In this document: piece after piece, positions 19,376 to 31,767 of the stretch | Position numbering within the stretch: the first letter of the stretch is position 1 | Layout of the letters: the number at the start of each line of letters is the position of its first letter | Source of the DNA: Gammaproteobacteria bacterium | Lineage (GTDB): Bacteria > Pseudomonadota > Gammaproteobacteria > Pseudomonadales > Pseudohongiellaceae | Length of the DNA: 39,269 bases | NCBI GenBank assembly: GCA_947458495.1 | Contig: CANHAR010000001.1 | Location: 1-39,269, forward strand | Direction of reading: 5' to 3' | Translations under genes and position numbers: made by a program | Notes under the pieces: model-generated | Database searches by the model: none | What the model was told of the DNA's origin: nothing | The model's input: the letters and a program-made list of their open reading frames with translations, nothing else

Positions 19376-20329
19376 ATGAATACAAAAGCGAAATGGATAG
19401 ACTACGAGCATGGTGTTAGTTGTATTGATACCGAGATTTTCCGTATGGGACTGGCATCTTGTTATCTCATCAGGCAGGGAGAACATGCGGCTTTTGTTGA
19501 TACCGGTACAAGCAACAGTCTGCCTTTGCTGCTGCAGGTACTTGATGCTCATGGTCTGACCCGTGAGCAGGTGCGTTGGGTTATGCCGACACATGTTCAT
19601 CTTGACCACGCTGGCGGCGCGGGAGCCCTCATGGAGGTCTTGCCTAACGCACAGTTGTTGGTCCATGAGCGTGGAGCTGCGCATATGATTGCTCCGCAAA
19701 AACTTCAAGCCGGCTCATTGGCCGTTTATGGTGAAGATCGATACAACTCGGTTTTTGGTGATCTGAAGCCTGTCGCGGAACACAGGGTCACCGTTGTCAG
19801 AGACGGCGACGTGGTAGCGCTGGGCAATCGGCAACTGCAATTTATTGACACACCCGGGCACGCCCGACATCACTATGTTGTATGGGACAGTGTGAGTCGT
19901 GGATTGTTTTGTGGCGACAGTTTTGGGGTAAGTTATCCGGAACTCAATCATGGTGCGAATCGCTTCATTTTCCCACCTACAACACCTGTGCAGTTTGATC
20001 CTGCTGCCTGGCATAGCACCATCAATCGACTATTGGAATTTTCGCCGCAGTATGTCTATTTGACTCATTTTGGCAGACACGATCGGGTCGGTCAGTTTGC
20101 AATTGAACTCCATCAGCAGATAGACGCATATGTGGTCATTGCCGAGAAATTTGCAGAAGCTGCGCAAGGCGGCGCAGTTGAGTTGGCAGCATTGCTGATG
20201 CAGCACAGTTGTCAAGAACTGCTTCAGCAAAACCAACTTAAAATGCCGATCGATGCGATCCGCCGGCTATTGAATGATGATATGGAGTTAAATGCGCAGG
20301 GACTTATTCACTGGCTGCAACGCAGATAG
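19376..20329 (+). CDS. MBL-fold metallo-hydrolase
   Basis: THVHLDHAGG, TPGHARHH, GD, LTHFG; alternative GTG start at 19358. Confidence 0.92.
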   Translation: MNTKAKWIDYEHGVSCIDTEIFRMGLASCYLIRQGEHAAFVDTGTSNSLPLLLQVLDAHGLTREQVRWVMPTHVHLDHAGGAGALMEVLPNAQLLVHERGAAHMIAPQKLQAGSLAVYGEDRYNSVFGDLKPVAEHRVTVVRDGDVVALGNRQLQFIDTPGHARHHYVVWDSVSRGLFCGDSFGVSYPELNHGANRFIFPPTTPVQFDPAAWHSTINRLLEFSPQYVYLTHFGRHDRVGQFAIELHQQIDAYVVIAEKFAEAAQGGAVELAALLMQHSCQELLQQNQLKMPIDAIRRLLNDDMELNAQGLIHWLQRR

Positions 20330-20558
20330 TGACCTTTCTTGTCATGCACGGCTGAACAATATGGCATCCAGGCTCAGTTTGCCAGGTCTAAGCGATAACC
20401 TCGAAAAGCAGGAAACAGAATACATAGACGTCAACTCGCCATTTCATTGGCAGATAAAACTTACTCTGATTTTTTGACCCTGTGACGATGCATCATGGAC
20501 TTGCAATCATGCCTGCGTTAACCTTTTCTCCTTCCAAACCTTCAGACTGATCGCGTCA

Positions 20559-21704
20559 ATGACTGAACTTTTAAGACGGCTAATAGCGCCACGTTTTGAT
20601 TTGCGGCCCCAAGAGCGCAGTCTTGCCTGGCGCCTGCATCTTGACCTGCCGCTGTTAGCTGGGCTTCTAACCCTTTGTCTTGTGAGTCTGTTTGTTCTGT
20701 ATAGCGCAAGTGGTGAGCGAGTCGTAATTGTTACTAACCAGGCTGTGCGATTTGCCGTGGGTTTTGCGGTACTTTTTGCGTTTGCGCAAATACCTCCGCG
20801 CACTGTCAATCGCTGGGCACCCCCGTTATTTGCGGTTTCCTGCTTTTTACTGGTGATGGTATTGTTTTTTGGCGTTATTGTTAACGGCGCGCAGCGCTGG
20901 TTACAAATACCGATGTTTGGAAGATTTCAACCATCCGAGTTGATGAAATTAGCTCTGCCTATCATGGTTGCATGGTATTTCAGTCAGCGCTCGTTGCCGC
21001 CAAAATTTTTGGATGTTGTTGTTGCGCTAACTATTGTCGCCATTCCGGCTGCCTTGATTGGAACTCAACCGGATTTGGGGACAGCAATTCTAGTAGGCAT
21101 GGCCGGCATATTTATTCTCTTTTTTGCAGGGCTTTCCTGGAAAATTATATCTGCGGCAAGTGCAATGGTAATTATTGCTGTTCCTCTGATGTATGTATAC
21201 GTGCTCCATGACTATCAAAGGCGACGTATAGATACACTGTTTAATCCTGAAGCGGATCCTCTTGGAGCGGGTTGGAATATCATTCAGTCTCAGATTGCTA
21301 TTGGATCAGGGGGACTCTTTGGAAAGGGTTGGTTAAACGGAACTCAATCCAGACTGGATTTTCTGCCTGAATCGTCAACTGATTTTATTTTTGCCGTGAT
21401 CGGTGAGGAATTTGGTCTCATCGGGATTGTCTTTTTGTTAGCGTTATACCTTGCGATTGTAGCCCGTTGTCTGTTTATGAGTTTGCAGGCATCCGATACT
21501 TTTGGCAGATTGCTTGGAGCAAGCATTTCACTGACGTTCTGTCTCTATGTTGTGGTCAACATGGGCATGGTGTCCGGTTTGTTGCCAGTGGTTGGGATGC
21601 CGTTGCCGTTAATCAGTTATGGGGGAACATCGGCTGTAACGCTGCTGGCAAGTTTCGGGATACTGATGTCGATCCACACCCACAGGCGCCTGCTCCCCCC
21701 TTGA
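20559..21704 (+). CDS. rodA: Peptidoglycan glycosyltransferase RodA (SEDS family)
   Basis: GAQRWL, FQPSELMK, QPDLGT, GWNIIQSQIAIGSGG, FLPESSTDFIF, PLISYGG. Confidence 0.96.
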   Translation: MTELLRRLIAPRFDLRPQERSLAWRLHLDLPLLAGLLTLCLVSLFVLYSASGERVVIVTNQAVRFAVGFAVLFAFAQIPPRTVNRWAPPLFAVSCFLLVMVLFFGVIVNGAQRWLQIPMFGRFQPSELMKLALPIMVAWYFSQRSLPPKFLDVVVALTIVAIPAALIGTQPDLGTAILVGMAGIFILFFAGLSWKIISAASAMVIIAVPLMYVYVLHDYQRRRIDTLFNPEADPLGAGWNIIQSQIAIGSGGLFGKGWLNGTQSRLDFLPESSTDFIFAVIGEEFGLIGIVFLLALYLAIVARCLFMSLQASDTFGRLLGASISLTFCLYVVVNMGMVSGLLPVVGMPLPLISYGGTSAVTLLASFGILMSIHTHRRLLPP

Positions 21705-21717
21705 GGACGCCCGTTTT

Positions 21718-22416
21718 TTACTCTGCTGACGCCGCCCGGTTAACTAACGCGACCAGATCGACAGGGTTTTGTGGAACCGGTGTCAGTCGTCCGTTCACAA
21801 ACAGCGCGGGTGTGCCGCGAACTCCGGCGCTGGTTCCGCCACGTTGATCGTTACGTATCTTTTGAATGATGGCCTCTGACTGCATATCTTCGTGTGCGCG
21901 GGCCACGTCCAATCCGAGCTGTTCCAGATATCCATCAAATTCCTCATCAACACTTGACAAGCCTGACCAATAGGCCTGGTTCAAAAAGAGCTGGTCATAC
22001 ATCTCCCAGAATTTTCCCTGAGCACCAGCCGCTTCAGCATATAGCGCAGCAGTCCAAGCGAATCGGTGTGTCGCAGTCAATGGATAATGTCTGAATGCGA
22101 GCTGGACCTGAGTTTCAATTCGTGGCCACGCTATCGCCATCATCTGGTGCTCAGCAGCACAAGCGGGGCACTGGAAATCGGCATAAACCATCAACTGCAC
22201 ACCTTCAGGGTTACCTTTGACGTGGTCATTGGGTGCCAGTTGATCTGGTGGATAGACGGTTCCTTGTCCCATCAGTCCATAAAGGACAGCGATCAAAAGC
22301 AGAGGCACCAGTAAAATCAATGCAATATTGCTGATTTTCTTCTGCGACAAATTCCTTTTGGTTGCTGCCTGTTGCTTTTGTTCTCTGATCAGTTTCTGTT
22401 GTTCACGTTTATTCAT
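21718..22416 (-). CDS. Membrane-anchored DsbA-like thioredoxin-fold oxidoreductase
   Basis: YADFQCPAC active site, FRHYPL, QGKFWEM, cis-Pro loop GVRGTP; basic N terminus followed by a TM. Confidence 0.9.
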   Translation of the reverse strand: MNKREQQKLIREQKQQAATKRNLSQKKISNIALILLVPLLLIAVLYGLMGQGTVYPPDQLAPNDHVKGNPEGVQLMVYADFQCPACAAEHQMMAIAWPRIETQVQLAFRHYPLTATHRFAWTAALYAEAAGAQGKFWEMYDQLFLNQAYWSGLSSVDEEFDGYLEQLGLDVARAHEDMQSEAIIQKIRNDQRGGTSAGVRGTPALFVNGRLTPVPQNPVDLVALVNRAASAE

Positions 22417-22467
22417 ATGTTTCTCCAGAACTACCTTAATCTGCTTATTTTTCGGAATGATAAATTC

Positions 22468-23694
22468 TTAGTTGATATGTTCAATAATGCTGCTGAACCG
22501 ACCGCTTTTCAGTGTGGTGAAAATTCGATCTCCCGGGTTAACCTGTATGCTCTGTGTTAAAAGTTGTCCATTTTCGGTTTGAGTAATGCTGAAACCGCGC
22601 TGAAGGGTTTGTAAAGGACTTACGGTATCAAGAGCTCTCGCCAATAACTGTAGGCGGCCTTTCTGGTGCTGGAGAATTTGCTGCATCACTCGTTTTAAAC
22701 GTGTCTCAAGCCGATCCAGCGTCTGTGACTGATCCTGTAATCGCCTGCCGGGATGTTGCAGGCGTTTTTCAAGCCATTCCACTTGGCGCTTATGTTGTTC
22801 CAGTCTTGATTTAACATGCCTCTGCAGTGTTAGTTCAAATTGCCCCAGCTCTTTTAAAAGCGCACTCTGATCAGGGCTAACCACCTCTGCAGCAGCAGTT
22901 GGCGTTGGTGCACGCAAATCCGCTACAAAGTCTGCGATGGTTACGTCGGTTTCATGGCCAACAGCACTGATAACTGGCAATGAACAATGATGAATTGCTC
23001 GTGCTACATTTTCATCATTAAATGATTGCAGATCCTCAAGTGAGCCACCACCGCGCGCAAGAATAATGACATCGATACCCAAATCCTCCTTCCGAAGCTC
23101 CGCAATAGACAAAGCATTGCAGATAGCGCTGGATGATTCGGTACCTTGTACCGGCACAGGTATGATGGTTACTCTCATTCCGGGGTATCGACGTTGAAAT
23201 ACGCTGAGAATGTCTTGTATGACGGCCCCGGTCGGCGAGGTGATAACTGCGACATGCTGGCACATTGCAGGTATCGGAAGTTTTTTAGTCTGATCAAACA
23301 AGCCTTCATGTTGAAGCTTTTGTTTTAACACCTCGAATGCACGTTGCAGCGCGCCGGCACCTGCTTCACTCATACTGTCAAGGATGAGTTGATAGTCACC
23401 ACGCCCCTCATAGAGGCTGAGTTTGCCCTTTATTGTGACCTGTGCCCCATTAGCAGGTTTGAATTTTACGGACAGGTTGCGGTTTCTGAACATGGCACAT
23501 CTGATTTGAGCATGACTGTCTTTTAGTGTCAGGTACCAATGGCCTGAGCTGGGTATAGATAAATTGGAGATTTCACCCTCGACGATGACTGACGAGAAAC
23601 ACTCTTCAAGTAATCCGCGCGCCATGCTATTCAGTGTGCTCACTGAAAGGACGGCTGTCTCATTATTTGGTGTTTCAAAACAAGGGTGGTTCAT
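22468..23694 (-). CDS. xseA: Exodeoxyribonuclease VII large subunit
   Basis: VEGEISN..SGHWY.TLKD, ITSPTGAV, RGGGSLEDL, SAVGHETD, RAPTPTAAAE. Confidence 0.97.
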   Translation of the reverse strand: MNHPCFETPNNETAVLSVSTLNSMARGLLEECFSSVIVEGEISNLSIPSSGHWYLTLKDSHAQIRCAMFRNRNLSVKFKPANGAQVTIKGKLSLYEGRGDYQLILDSMSEAGAGALQRAFEVLKQKLQHEGLFDQTKKLPIPAMCQHVAVITSPTGAVIQDILSVFQRRYPGMRVTIIPVPVQGTESSSAICNALSIAELRKEDLGIDVIILARGGGSLEDLQSFNDENVARAIHHCSLPVISAVGHETDVTIADFVADLRAPTPTAAAEVVSPDQSALLKELGQFELTLQRHVKSRLEQHKRQVEWLEKRLQHPGRRLQDQSQTLDRLETRLKRVMQQILQHQKGRLQLLARALDTVSPLQTLQRGFSITQTENGQLLTQSIQVNPGDRIFTTLKSGRFSSIIEHIN

Positions 23695-23702
23695 GGCGCC
23701 AG

Positions 23703-23735
23703 TTTACCTGACACACCTTGGTCTGTATAATCGCG
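23703..23735 (+). promoter_or_regulatory. Putative sigma70 promoter of guaBA
   Basis: TTTACC (23703-23708)-N17-TATAAT (23726-23731), followed by a CGCG discriminator. Confidence 0.6.
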
Positions 23736-23758
23736 TTTTTGTGGATAGGTGAAAACTT

Positions 23759-25228
23759 ATGTTACGGATAGTTGATGAAGCACTAACTTTTGATGATGTA
23801 CTGCTTCTGCCCGCCCACTCGACGGTTCTTCCTAAATCAGTCAGCCTGAAAACCCGCCTGACCGCCAATATCATTCTGAATATTCCACTGATGTCTGCCG
23901 CCATGGATACCGTGACGGAGGCTCGCTTGGCAATTGCTATGGCGCAGGAAGGAGGTATCGGAGTCATACACAAGAACATGACCATCGAGCAACAGGCCAG
24001 GGAAGTAAGGACAGTTAAAAAGTACGAAAGTGGTGTTGTAAAGGATCCGATCACGATTTCACCGGATGCCCGAATTTCTGATCTGATTGCGTTGATGCGC
24101 GAGTATGATATTTCAGGAATGCCAGTTGTTGTAGGACGTCAGTTGGTTGGTATTGTAACCAGTCGCGATGTGCGTTTTGAAACCAATCTTAACGCAACCG
24201 TTGAGACAATCATGACGCCAAAGCCTAGCCTTGTAACAGTGAAAGAAGATGCCAACAATGATCAGATAAAAGCGCTTCTTCACCAGCATCGCATAGAAAA
24301 AATTCTGGTTGTAAATGACGCATTCGAATTGTGTGGTCTGATCACGCTGAAAGATATTCGCAAGTCCGAAGATTATCCTAATGCGTCAAAGGATCAGTTG
24401 GGACGTTTACGAGTGGCGGCGGCTGTCGGGACCAGCAGTGATACCGTTGATCGTGTTCATGCACTTGTTGAAGCCGGAGTCGATGTGATTGTTATTGATA
24501 CGGCTCATGGTCATTCCGCTGGCGTGCTTGATATGGTAAGACGCATCAAAGGGTTACACCCCGAACTTCCTGTTATCGGTGGCAACATCGCTACTGCCCA
24601 GGCTGCCCGTGACCTGGCAGAAGCCGGTGCAGATGCTGTAAAGGTTGGGATAGGTCCGGGGTCCATTTGTACCACGCGGATTGTTACCGGTGTTGGTGTG
24701 CCACAGATGACAGCAGTGTCAAATGTTGTTGAGGCGCTGAAGGGCACTCAGGTTTCAGTGATCTCAGATGGTGGCGTCCGCTTTTCAGGGGACCTTGCCA
24801 AGGTCATTGCAGCCGGAGCCAATTTAGTAATGGTGGGGGGGTTGCTGGCAGGAACAGAGGAAGCGCCGGGTGAGGTTGAACTTTACCAAGGCCGTAGCTA
24901 TAAAGCATATCGAGGGATGGGTTCACTTGGCGCCATGGCACAGAGTCAAGGTTCCAGCGATCGCTATTTTCAGGATGCTGCCTCCGGTGTAGAGAAATTG
25001 GTACCCGAAGGCATCGAAGGTCGTGTCCCCTATAAAGGGCCTATGTCAGGCATCGTGCATCAGTTAATGGGCGGCTTACGCTCAAGTATGGGATATACGG
25101 GATGTGCTGATATAGACACCATGCGCACCAAACCAGAGTTTGTGAAGATAACCTCGTCAGGCATGCAGGAAAGTCATGTCCATGATGTCAGTATCACCAA
25201 AGAAGCTCCAAATTATCGTCTCAGTTAA
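23759..25228 (+). CDS. guaB: IMP dehydrogenase
   Basis: [20 protein letters not shown] pair, [17 protein letters not shown]. Confidence 0.98.
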   Translation: MLRIVDEALTFDDVLLLPAHSTVLPKSVSLKTRLTANIILNIPLMSAAMDTVTEARLAIAMAQEGGIGVIHKNMTIEQQAREVRTVKKYESGVVKDPITISPDARISDLIALMREYDISGMPVVVGRQLVGIVTSRDVRFETNLNATVETIMTPKPSLVTVKEDANNDQIKALLHQHRIEKILVVNDAFELCGLITLKDIRKSEDYPNASKDQLGRLRVAAAVGTSSDTVDRVHALVEAGVDVIVIDTAHGHSAGVLDMVRRIKGLHPELPVIGGNIATAQAARDLAEAGADAVKVGIGPGSICTTRIVTGVGVPQMTAVSNVVEALKGTQVSVISDGGVRFSGDLAKVIAAGANLVMVGGLLAGTEEAPGEVELYQGRSYKAYRGMGSLGAMAQSQGSSDRYFQDAASGVEKLVPEGIEGRVPYKGPMSGIVHQLMGGLRSSMGYTGCADIDTMRTKPEFVKITSSGMQESHVHDVSITKEAPNYRLS

Positions 25229-25311
25229 AGTTAACTTTCGTGCCACTTGCAGTTATTGGTTTTCTGAATCAAGAACTGCAGGCGGCTTGTCAGACCAAGG
25301 CCCCTCCCGAC

Positions 25312-26892
25312 ATGACTCAGCATAATATTCACAGTCAAAAGATTCTAATTCTGGATTTCGGTTCGCAATACACGCAACTCATAGCGCGACGTGTTCGTGA
25401 GCTTGGTGTTTATTGTGAGATATGGGATAACCAGTGCGAAATAGATGAGGTAAAGCAGTTTGCACCACAGGGAGTCATTTTTTCCGGAGGTCCCGAGACG
25501 GCAACAGAACAAGGTTCTCCTCAGATTGCCACCTGGTTTTTTGACCTGAATTTGCCATTGCTCGGTATCTGTTATGGCATGCAGAGTATGGCTGAACAGT
25601 TGGGCGGCAAGGTGGAGTCCTCAGATAAATCAGAATTTGGTTATGCGGAAGTTAATCTTCCGTTGCCGGGTGCTTTGTTTAAGGGAATTGAAGATCGCAT
25701 AGCCCAAGATGGATCTGCAGTGCTAGATGTCTGGATGAGTCATGGCGACAAAGTGGTCAGATTACCTCCGGGATTTGTTATCAGCGCTCAAACAGACAGT
25801 GCCCCGATCGCGGCAATGGCGGACGAATCAAGACGCTTTTTTGGTGTGCAGTTTCACCCTGAGGTCACACATACGTTGCAGGGGCAGCGCATATTGGAAC
25901 GTTTCATCCATGTTATTTGTGGGTGCGAGGCTCTCTGGACTTCCGCAAACATTATTGACGATGCCATCAATAAAATTCGACAGCAGGTTGGTAGTGATCA
26001 TGTCTTGCTCGGGCTTTCCGGTGGGGTCGATTCCTCTGTTGTTGCTGCCTTGTTGCACAAAGCCATTGGTAGCCAGCTGACCTGCGTGTTTGTTGATAAC
26101 GGTTTGTTGCGTTTACGCGAAGGTGACCAGGTCATGGCGACCTTTGCGCAAAATATGGGCGTAAAAGTTATTCGTGTTGATGCAGAGAAGCGTTTTCTGG
26201 ATGCGTTGGCAGGTGTCACTGATCCGGAGAAAAAAAGAAAAGCTATTGGCAATACGTTTATAGATGTGTTCGACGAAGAGGCTGGCAAGTTATCCAACGT
26301 CAAGTGGTTGGCACAAGGCACTATTTATCCAGATGTCATTGAATCAGCGGGGTCACGGACAGGCAAAGCGCATGTGATCAAATCTCACCACAATGTAGGT
26401 GGATTGCCTGAGAATATGAAGCTGAAACTTGTTGAGCCATTGCGTGAACTGTTCAAAGATGAAGTTCGTCGCCTGGGTCTTGAGCTGGGATTGCCATATG
26501 ACATGGTATATCGTCATCCTTTCCCCGGACCTGGCTTAGGTGTGCGTATTCTTGGAGAGGTCAAACGAGAATACTGTGAAACCTTGCGCAGGGCTGATGC
26601 TATTTTTATAGAAGAATTGCATAAGTCAGGTTTCTATCAGAAGACCAGCCAGGCGTTTGCTGTATTCCTGCCTGTTAAATCGGTCGGTGTTGTAGGTGAT
26701 GGTAGGCGTTATTCATGGGTTATTTCGCTGCGGGCAGTGGAGACCATTGATTTTATGACTGCACGGTGGGCCCATTTGCCATATGACCTGCTGGAGATTG
26801 TGAGTAATCGCATCATTAACGAGATAGCTGATGTGTCGAGGGTGACCTATGATATTTCCTCCAAGCCGCCTGCGACTATTGAATGGGAATAA
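25312..26892 (+). CDS. guaA: GMP synthase (glutamine-hydrolysing)
   Basis: [43 protein letters not shown]; ATG 25312 preferred. Confidence 0.98.
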   Translation: MTQHNIHSQKILILDFGSQYTQLIARRVRELGVYCEIWDNQCEIDEVKQFAPQGVIFSGGPETATEQGSPQIATWFFDLNLPLLGICYGMQSMAEQLGGKVESSDKSEFGYAEVNLPLPGALFKGIEDRIAQDGSAVLDVWMSHGDKVVRLPPGFVISAQTDSAPIAAMADESRRFFGVQFHPEVTHTLQGQRILERFIHVICGCEALWTSANIIDDAINKIRQQVGSDHVLLGLSGGVDSSVVAALLHKAIGSQLTCVFVDNGLLRLREGDQVMATFAQNMGVKVIRVDAEKRFLDALAGVTDPEKKRKAIGNTFIDVFDEEAGKLSNVKWLAQGTIYPDVIESAGSRTGKAHVIKSHHNVGGLPENMKLKLVEPLRELFKDEVRRLGLELGLPYDMVYRHPFPGPGLGVRILGEVKREYCETLRRADAIFIEELHKSGFYQKTSQAFAVFLPVKSVGVVGDGRRYSWVISLRAVETIDFMTARWAHLPYDLLEIVSNRIINEIADVSRVTYDISSKPPATIEWE

Positions 26893-27368
26893 ATTCTGAC
26901 GACATTCCTTTTATGCGTGAGGCGTTGCGCCTCGCTCAAATGGCTGCTGATGCCGGTGAGGTCCCGGTGGGTGCCATACTGGTCAGAAAGGGGCAGGTGA
27001 TTGGAAGAGGTTTTAATCAGCCAGTCAGAACTCATGATCCGAGTGCTCACGCTGAGATTTGCGCGTTGAGAGATGCCGGACAAGTTGTGGGTAACTATCG
27101 TCTGCCAGATGCAACACTCTACGTCACCATCGAGCCTTGCACCATGTGTTATGGCGCGATTGTCCATGCACGAGTCAAGCGGTTGGTATTTGGTGCCACG
27201 GAACCGCGATACGGCGCAGTGATCAGCGGCCAAAAATTGCTTGATACCGGCCACTTCAATCATCGTCCCGAACTGCTGAGCGGTGTGTTGGAAACGGAAT
27301 GTGCTCAGATTATGAAACAGTTTTTTGCGGCTAAACGCCAGCAGGCATCGCAGTCACAACAACAATAA
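26883..27368 (+). CDS. tadA: tRNA adenosine(34) deaminase TadA
   Basis: EVPVGA, HAE, EPCTMC; overlaps the guaA stop. Confidence 0.95.
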   Translation: MGINSDDIPFMREALRLAQMAADAGEVPVGAILVRKGQVIGRGFNQPVRTHDPSAHAEICALRDAGQVVGNYRLPDATLYVTIEPCTMCYGAIVHARVKRLVFGATEPRYGAVISGQKLLDTGHFNHRPELLSGVLETECAQIMKQFFAAKRQQASQSQQQ

Positions 27369-27487
27369 TCGCCTGATTTTTACTATTTGATGGCGTATCA
27401 TACGTCCCTGATTTTTGAGCTTCCATTCAATTGAATTTACACTATTCAAACTTTCAGAATCTCTGATAAAAAAGGCTACCAGACACA

Positions 27488-30400
27488 ATGTTTGTTCTCA
27501 CTGGCTGCAACGCGCTTTCCGAATTTCGTCTCCGTAAACTCCTGCATCAGATCCAACATGAAATTCCTGTTGTGGATGCGATGAATTGTTGTTTTGTTCA
27601 CATAGTTGATTGTGACGAAATTCTGGATGATGCCCGGAGTGAGATTCTGGAGCAGTTACTGACCTATGGGGATAGTCCTGATTTTAATGATGATCTGGGG
27701 CAGTTTGGTGTTTTCCGGTTGGTAGTGCCAAGGCCTGGCACTATTTCGCCCTGGTCAAGCAAAGCGACAGATATTGTCAGAAATTGTGGCATGCAGCAGA
27801 TACGTCGCGTTGAACGCGGGATAGCGTGGCATATCAGCCTCACAAAGCCTTTAAGTGATGAACAACTGATTCAGTTGGATGCTCACCTGCATGACAAAAT
27901 GACCCAAGCAGTCCTTAATGACTATGACGATGCGGTGTCTCTGTTTTCACACGCGCAACCGGCATCCCTTAGTACTGTAGATCTGCACGGGCATGGTAAA
28001 CAGGCATTGCAACAGGCAAACCAATCGATGGGCCTCGCGCTCGCTGCTGATGAAATAGACTACCTGTATGAGGCTTTTCAAAAGTTAGGCCGCAACCCAA
28101 ATGATGTTGAACTGATGATGTTTGCGCAGGCTAACTCCGAACATTGCCGGCATAAAATCTTTAATGCCAGTTGGACGGTAGATGGAGTTGAGCAGTCTGA
28201 TTCTCTGTTTGCGATGATTCGTAATACCCATAAAAAATCTCCGGGCAAGGTGCTGTCTGCCTACAAAGACAATGCCTCTGTAATGACGGGTAGTGTTGCA
28301 GGCAGATTTTTTCCCCAGTCAGTTTCGCATGAATATGCTTATGTTACTGAACCAATACACATTCTCATGAAGGTTGAGACGCATAACCATCCCACAGCAA
28401 TTGCGCCTTTCCCTGGTGCGGCAACGGGTAGTGGCGGCGAGATTCGTGATGAAGGTGCAACCGGGACTGGTGCCAAGCCCAAGGCTGGATTGTGTGGTTT
28501 CAGTGTTTCGAATCTGCGGATAGCTGACTTTACGCAGCCGTGGGAAGAAGATTTTGGTCGTCCAGCACATATTGTGTCGGCTCTGGATATCATGATTGAA
28601 GGGCCTATCGGCGCAGCAGCGTTTAACAACGAGTTTGGCCGCCCTAATCTGTGTGGCTATTTCCGCACCTTCGAAGAGGCAGTGCCTTCTGCCGGGCAAT
28701 ATGAGGTTCGGGGTTACCACAAACCGATCATGATAGCCGGTGGTTTAGGAAATATTCGCGAACAGCATGTTAAGAAGCAACCATTTTATGCGGGCTCAAA
28801 ACTCATTGTCTTGGGTGGGCCAGCCATGTTGATTGGTCTTGGTGGCGGCGCCGCCTCTTCCATGGCAGCCGGTGCCAGCAATTCAGCGCTAGACTTTGCA
28901 TCAGTGCAGCGAGAGAACCCTGAAATGGAACGTCGCTGCCAGGAAGTCATTGATCGATGCTGGCAAATGGGCGACAGCAATCCGATTGCCTTTATACACG
29001 ACGTAGGTGCCGGAGGTCTTTCTAATGCGCTTCCGGAATTGGTAAAAGATGGTGAGCGTGGCGGTGTTTTTTCGTTGCGCCAGATACCGAACGCAGAACC
29101 TGGCATGTCACCTCTGGAAATCTGGTGTAATGAATCTCAAGAGCGTTATGTGCTGGCAGTTGCTCCCCACAATCTCGAATTGTTTGAGCAGATATGTCAA
29201 CGTGAACGCTGTCCCTATGCAGTAGTCGGCGAAGCCACTGACGAGCAGGTTATTAGTTTACGCGATGAGCATTTTGATAACTCGCCAATCAACTTGCCTA
29301 TGTCAGTGTTGTTCGGCAAGCCGCCCAGAATGCACAGAGATGTACATAGTCGGTCTGTGCAGTTGGTGGCCATGGATACTGATCAGATTTCTTTGGACGA
29401 GGCCTTTGATAGGGTGTTGAGTCTCCCTGCGGTCGCCAGCAAAAATTTCCTAATAACGATTGGTGATAGAACGGTTACCGGGCTTGTTGCCCGCGATCAG
29501 ATGGTAGGTCCTTGGCAGGTGCCAGTGGCCGACGCTGCTGTAACGGCTGCATCTTTTGACAGCAATTGTGGTGAGGCCATGGCGATGGGTGAGCGTACAC
29601 CACTGGCATTGCTTAATGCACCCGCGTCTGGGCGTATGGCTATTGCTGAAGCCATTACCAATATTGCATCAGCAAAAATCGAACATATCAGTGATATCAA
29701 ATTGTCAGCAAACTGGATGGTAGCGGCGGGTCATCCCGGCGAGGATGCGAAACTGTACGCTACTGTTAAAGCGGTCGGTTTGGAGTTATGTCCTGCGCTG
29801 GGTATCTGTATTCCGGTAGGTAAGGACTCCATGTCCATGCGTACGGTATGGCAGGATGACAGCGGTAACACTAAAAGCAACACCGCACCTCTGTCTTTGG
29901 TGATTTCTGCATTTGCGCCGGTGACGGATATTCGAAAAACCTTGACGCCTCAGCTGCGCTGCCTGACTGATGACAGCGATCTGGTGTTGATTGATCTGGG
30001 TCGTGGTCGCAATCGAATGGGTGGTTCCGCGCTGGCGCAAGTTTATCGTGAACTGGGCGATGAACCAGCCGATATCGACAATCCTCAGGATCTGAAAAAC
30101 TTCTTCAGTCTCATCCAACAGTTGAATGAAGATAATTTATTGTTGGCCTACCATGACCGTTCTGATGGGGGGTTGTTGGTGACTGTGATTGAAATGGCAT
30201 TCGCCGGTCACTGTGGTATTGATCTGCAGCTCTCGGAACTGATGCATGCTGAAACCAATGTAATTGACGTCTTGTTCAGCGAAGAAGCAGGTGCTGTTTT
30301 GCAGGTTTCGCGCAATCAACTCAATACAGTGCTGAGCGCAGTCGAGGACTTCGGCTTGTCAGATTGTACATCTGTCATTGGTCATCCTGCACTGCATGAC

Positions 30401-31402
30401 AATATTCGGGTTATCAATGGAGGCCGGTTGTTACTGGAGCGTTCAAGAACAGACAGCCAGCGTTTGTGGGCCCGTACCAGTTTTGAAATTCAGTCTTTGC
30501 GTGATAATCCTGAGTCTGCACTGCAAGAATACGATCGTCTACTGGATAAAAAAGACCCCGGTTTACATGCCACGTTGAGCTTTGACATCAATCAGGATAT
30601 TGCCGCACCGTACATTAACACTGGCATTCGGCCGGCAGTTGCCGTGCTTCGCGAGCAAGGTGTCAATGGGCAGGTAGAAATGGCTGCTGCGTTTGACCGT
30701 GCTGGCTTCCGAGCAATTGATGTTCACATGAGCGATTTGATAGCGGGGCGCATTGACCTGTCGCAGTTTAACGTACTGGCCGCTTGCGGCGGTTTCTCGT
30801 TTGGTGATGTCCTCGGTGCAGGTGGTGGATGGGCTAAATCCATATTGTTTAATGAGCCTCTTCGAAAACAATTCGAAGCGTTTTTTGCGCGTACCAGCAC
30901 CTTATCGCTGGGTGTATGTAATGGTTGTCAGATGATGTCGCTGCTACACGAGCTTATCCCCGGCGCGCACAACTGGCCAAGATTCGAGCGCAATCTTTCC
31001 GAGCAGTTTGAGGCGCGGGTCAGTTTGATCAAGATTGCCGAATCGCCCTCGATTTTTTTACAAGGTATGAGCGGTTCTGTTTTTCCGATTGCTATTGCTC
31101 ATGGTGAAGGGCGTGCGAGATTTGCTGACGCAACTATCCATAGACAGATAAACGTTGCGCACGGCATAGCAGCGCAATATGTAGATAATCATGACCAGAT
31201 TACTGAGCACTACCCGGAAAACCCCAATGGTTCTCCGGCTGGAATTGCTGGTGTCTGCAGCAAAGATGGACGTGCAACCATCATGATGCCACATCCAGAG
31301 AGAGTGTTTCGTGCAGTGCAGAACTCCTGGCGAGCGGCGGAGTGGCAGGAAGATGCACCAACCATGCGTATGTTCCGAAATGCAAGAGCGTGGCTCAAAT
31401 AG
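27488..31402 (+). CDS. purL: Phosphoribosylformylglycinamidine synthase (large single-chain PurL)
   Basis: [40 protein letters not shown]; 1304 aa. Confidence 0.99.
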   Translation: MFVLTGCNALSEFRLRKLLHQIQHEIPVVDAMNCCFVHIVDCDEILDDARSEILEQLLTYGDSPDFNDDLGQFGVFRLVVPRPGTISPWSSKATDIVRNCGMQQIRRVERGIAWHISLTKPLSDEQLIQLDAHLHDKMTQAVLNDYDDAVSLFSHAQPASLSTVDLHGHGKQALQQANQSMGLALAADEIDYLYEAFQKLGRNPNDVELMMFAQANSEHCRHKIFNASWTVDGVEQSDSLFAMIRNTHKKSPGKVLSAYKDNASVMTGSVAGRFFPQSVSHEYAYVTEPIHILMKVETHNHPTAIAPFPGAATGSGGEIRDEGATGTGAKPKAGLCGFSVSNLRIADFTQPWEEDFGRPAHIVSALDIMIEGPIGAAAFNNEFGRPNLCGYFRTFEEAVPSAGQYEVRGYHKPIMIAGGLGNIREQHVKKQPFYAGSKLIVLGGPAMLIGLGGGAASSMAAGASNSALDFASVQRENPEMERRCQEVIDRCWQMGDSNPIAFIHDVGAGGLSNALPELVKDGERGGVFSLRQIPNAEPGMSPLEIWCNESQERYVLAVAPHNLELFEQICQRERCPYAVVGEATDEQVISLRDEHFDNSPINLPMSVLFGKPPRMHRDVHSRSVQLVAMDTDQISLDEAFDRVLSLPAVASKNFLITIGDRTVTGLVARDQMVGPWQVPVADAAVTAASFDSNCGEAMAMGERTPLALLNAPASGRMAIAEAITNIASAKIEHISDIKLSANWMVAAGHPGEDAKLYATVKAVGLELCPALGICIPVGKDSMSMRTVWQDDSGNTKSNTAPLSLVISAFAPVTDIRKTLTPQLRCLTDDSDLVLIDLGRGRNRMGGSALAQVYRELGDEPADIDNPQDLKNFFSLIQQLNEDNLLLAYHDRSDGGLLVTVIEMAFAGHCGIDLQLSELMHAETNVIDVLFSEEAGAVLQVSRNQLNTVLSAVEDFGLSDCTSVIGHPALHDNIRVINGGRLLLERSRTDSQRLWARTSFEIQSLRDNPESALQEYDRLLDKKDPGLHATLSFDINQDIAAPYINTGIRPAVAVLREQGVNGQVEMAAAFDRAGFRAIDVHMSDLIAGRIDLSQFNVLAACGGFSFGDVLGAGGGWAKSILFNEPLRKQFEAFFARTSTLSLGVCNGCQMMSLLHELIPGAHNWPRFERNLSEQFEARVSLIKIAESPSIFLQGMSGSVFPIAIAHGEGRARFADATIHRQINVAHGIAAQYVDNHDQITEHYPENPNGSPAGIAGVCSKDGRATIMMPHPERVFRAVQNSWRAAEWQEDAPTMRMFRNARAWLK

Positions 31403-31443
31403 AATTAAGATTCTTGTGCTGACTTTAAGCGGCTGGTTGTCTT

Positions 31444-31767
31444 ATGCTGAAATTTTGTTTTTATGTGCCGGAATCTCATCTGGAAAAAGTAAAATCTGCG
31501 GTTTTTAATGCAGGTGCTGGTCGCGTAGGGAACTATCAGGAATGTTGCTGGCAAGTGCTAGGCTCAGGTCAGTTCAAGCCTTTGCAAGGAGCCAATCCTG
31601 CTCTTGGCTCAGTAGATACGCTTGAACATATTGCCGAGTATCGTGTTGAGATGGTTTGTGCCGAAGCCTGCGTCGGTGCCGTTATCGCTGCCTTGCGTAA
31701 CTCCCATCCTTATGAAGAGCCAGCTTTTGATGTTACTCAGGTCTTGGAGTTCACATACTCTCACTGA
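31444..31767 (+). CDS. Stand-alone YqfO/NIF3 PII-like insertion-domain protein
   Basis: FYVPESHLE.VK.AVF.AGAG..GNY..CCWQ..G.GQF.P, HPYEEPA. Confidence 0.88.
   Translation: MLKFCFYVPESHLEKVKSAVFNAGAGRVGNYQECCWQVLGSGQFKPLQGANPALGSVDTLEHIAEYRVEMVCAEACVGAVIAALRNSHPYEEPAFDVTQVLEFTYSH

Noticed and set aside
20292-20558. Small ORF or mrdA remnant upstream of rodA
   Set aside because: No recognisable PBP2 motif; the ORF overlaps the MBL gene and has no SD.
27369-27487. PurR box or purine/ZTP riboswitch before purL; absence of mltF between tadA and purL
   Set aside because: No matching motif seen, only a repeated CCTGATTTTT; mltF position varies between lineages and is not informative alone.
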